Shown here piece by piece: positions 61,966-64,000 of a stretch of 64,000 nt of DNA. The DNA lies in the NCBI GenBank assembly GCA_047495785.1, contig JBLDXI010000045.1, forward strand, positions 682,001 through 746,000, in the 5' to 3' direction. Positions within the stretch are counted from its first letter, which is position 1, and the number at the start of each line of letters is the position of its first letter. This DNA is from Lepidodermella squamata. Lineage: Eukaryota > Animalia > Gastrotricha. Both the position numbers and the translations under genes were made by a program. A model generated the notes under the pieces. The model was not told the origin of the DNA. It saw nothing but the letters and a program-made list of their open reading frames with translations, and did not search any database.

Positions 61966-62967
61966 ATGAATGCTCAACTGCATGGACAGTTTTTCATAGA
62001 TTCGCGATCTGTAAAGATTAGAGCAGGAGACTCAATCGATGGCAATTGTCTATCGCTAGTCGTGAAAAGTAAAGCAGATTGGATGTTGTTAACCTCAAAT
62101 CAGGAAGATTGGATGGAATTTCCTGCGTGCCATTGGAAATTTGTCTGCGCAGGTGACCACCGAATCTTGATGGTGGATTTTACGAACAACTTATGGGTAA
62201 TGGAAAAAGATCATCCGGTTAAATTTGAATCAATGCCAGCGTTGAAAAATGTGTTGCTTTTTGATTGTTGTTGCAACATTGCGATCGCTATTTGCGGAGA
62301 TGAAATCGAAAATAATCTTACGCTATTTGAGCTAAGAGGCATGGATTTCACTCCGCTGTCATATGTCAATTTACAATTTCAAGTCGAATCGGTGTCTTGT
62401 GGAAAGGAGCACGCCGTTATTTTAGGCACCAATGGCTGTGTATTCACTGTCGGTTCTAATAACAGGGGACAACTCGGTGTGGGTGGCAGTGAACTGACAA
62501 AGTGCTTCACACCTCTCCGCGTTGATGTTTTGAATGGCATCGCAGAAATATCAAGCGGCAGTTGGCACTGTTTAGCTGTCGATCGAGAGAATAATTGCGT
62601 GTATTCGTGGGGTTGGAATGAAAGTGGCCAATTAGGCCGCGAACCAGACTCTCCCGCTGATATCCCTTCACTAATCGACTTGAATGATGACGATAATGAA
62701 GCGGTAATCACTAAAGTTGCTTGCGGATCTCGTCATTCAGTGATTTTTGCGTCAATCAATGAAAAAGCTGTTGTTTTCACTTTTGGCTGCAATTTATTCG
62801 GACAGTTGTGCCGCTGCTGTGTAACAGCTGGCGGCGGTGAAGCAGCAGACTTTGACTGGCGCCCCCAGCGCATTAACACCACAGGTCGTGATGTGCGAGA
62901 TGTATTTGCATTCGGTTACGCAACCGCCTTAATATTGAACGAGTGCGCGCGTGTGTCCGGCCCATGA
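61966..62967 (+). CDS. RCCD1: RCC1 domain-containing protein (RCCD1-like)
   Basis: RCC1 repeats VSCGKEHAVIL..GSNNRGQLG, ISSGSWHCLA..YSWGWNESGQLG, VACGSRHSV..FGCNLFGQL. Confidence 0.8.
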   Translation: MNAQLHGQFFIDSRSVKIRAGDSIDGNCLSLVVKSKADWMLLTSNQEDWMEFPACHWKFVCAGDHRILMVDFTNNLWVMEKDHPVKFESMPALKNVLLFDCCCNIAIAICGDEIENNLTLFELRGMDFTPLSYVNLQFQVESVSCGKEHAVILGTNGCVFTVGSNNRGQLGVGGSELTKCFTPLRVDVLNGIAEISSGSWHCLAVDRENNCVYSWGWNESGQLGREPDSPADIPSLIDLNDDDNEAVITKVACGSRHSVIFASINEKAVVFTFGCNLFGQLCRCCVTAGGGEAADFDWRPQRINTTGRDVRDVFAFGYATALILNECARVSGP

Positions 62968-63009
62968 TGGCACATGCGTAATTAAATCGATTGGTGGTGC
63001 TTTGTCCGT

Positions 63010-63408
63010 ATGAGAACACGCGCCTCTCATCTGCAACCACCAATTGCTACAAAGTATAGCGCCGTGTTTGCGTTTTATAACAATCCGATGACTGTACCAG
63101 CGAGGCAACAGTTTTGGCACAAGTTTTTCTGGGCTGTCGTCGCACTCGAGTCGTTTTTTGTGCCTTACTTTCTCATGCAGGAGCACGCTCATTTCGAAGA
63201 TGAGCTCGACGAAACCATTCAAAACATCAGTGTGCTACTGGCTCAGCATCTCAATCAAACAAACGTCTGCCCACAAATATTGGACTGGAATAGCAACAGT
63301 TCGTTGATCGACTCGACAACCAGCAATTTGATTTTCGAAATCAAACTCGAACGGTACGATTTGCGAGTACCTGAACCAATGACAATCGAATCGTTCTCAT
63401 TGCCTTGA
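63010..63408 (+). CDS. Hypothetical 132-aa protein
   Basis: Open frame with coding-like composition, an AT-rich drop after the stop and AATAAA at 63441. No recognisable family. Confidence 0.4.
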   Translation: MRTRASHLQPPIATKYSAVFAFYNNPMTVPARQQFWHKFFWAVVALESFFVPYFLMQEHAHFEDELDETIQNISVLLAQHLNQTNVCPQILDWNSNSSLIDSTTSNLIFEIKLERYDLRVPEPMTIESFSLP

Positions 63409-63605
63409 TTCAAACTTTTTTCGATATTATTTTTATTGATAATAAAAAACGCGTCCTTGTATGAATGGCTCTTTCTTTTTTCGGTTTGAATGGGCTTCAG
63501 GGCGTAACTAAGAGAGGGTTGCGTTCTAGTGAAAGGCCATCACAGACGTACTAATAAAGCAAACGAGTAAATTATGAATTTTCTTGACTGAAATTTACTA
63601 CGGAC

Positions 63606-64000
63606 ATGGTTTCGTCGACTCCAGCAAAAGTCGGGATCGTTTTCTCATTTTTAGGTTTCGGCCTCATAGTAGCTTCGATTGTTGTAGTCGACTGGGTTTA
63701 TGCAATTCAAGGATCTTATACGGTAATGAAGAATTACGTCAACTATCGACTGAAATAATTATTCCTTTTTCTAAAGGAACGCTTCGGTTTATGGCAACTT
63801 TACATAATCCAAACCAACACATACTACACCTTTCCTTCTGGAACAGTATCAAGTACGATTTGATATTCAGCCATCGCGGCTAAGTAACAATTTGTGTGTG
63901 TATTAGTTCGCATCGAAGCCGGCCGTGGTTGTATGGTGGCCGCAGGCGGTTTGGGACTGATTGCCCTAGTCACGGGAATAGCCTATCTAATAATGAAAGA
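63606..64000 (+). CDS. Second claudin-like tetraspan protein, 3' end off the window
   Basis: Exons 63606-63722, 63777-63852, 63907-64000 give MVSSTPAKVGIVFSFLGFGLIVASIVVVDW..ERFGLWQ..IEAGRGCMVAAGGLGLIALVTGIAYL. Not in the supplied ORF track. Confidence 0.75.

Overview
This is eukaryotic DNA from a compact invertebrate animal genome, not a prokaryotic window. It holds about 26 protein-coding genes in 64 kb, with mostly 45-60 nt GT-AG introns and very long exons. Genes form alternating same-strand blocks separated by divergent promoter regions: (-) ZDHHC>WASH1>PSMC6>MTHFD1; (+) TEDC1>XPO1; (-) CYB561D2>SCYL1>DNAJC4-like, then a two-Kunitz gene; (+) GABA-receptor beta>CCDC148>RPS29; (-) HECTD1>ACBD3>MED17>BABAM2>MUS81>SMG8; (+) TIMM50>BRD8>claudin-like; (-) CFAP210; (+) RCCD1>orphan ORF>claudin-like (runs off the window). 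The strongest system-level signal is that most genes carry a pyrimidine-tract-AG splice acceptor 3-32 nt upstream of the start codon with no evident donor. Several of these lie only about 30-45 nt downstream of the upstream gene's poly(A) hexamer. This is the architecture expected of operons resolved by spliced-leader trans-splicing, with very short spacers (inference). Other highlights: a probable CUG start for BRD8; a Ser at the pore 2' position of the GABA beta subunit; an H/ACA-snoRNA-like element in an XPO1 intron; a 2 kb MUS81 intron carrying decayed IBR, FLYWCH and hAT-like fragments; a telomere-repeat-containing MITE; and a poly-proline microexon in WASH1. Gene identities come from recalled family motifs, not database searches. 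Exon boundaries were read by eye.
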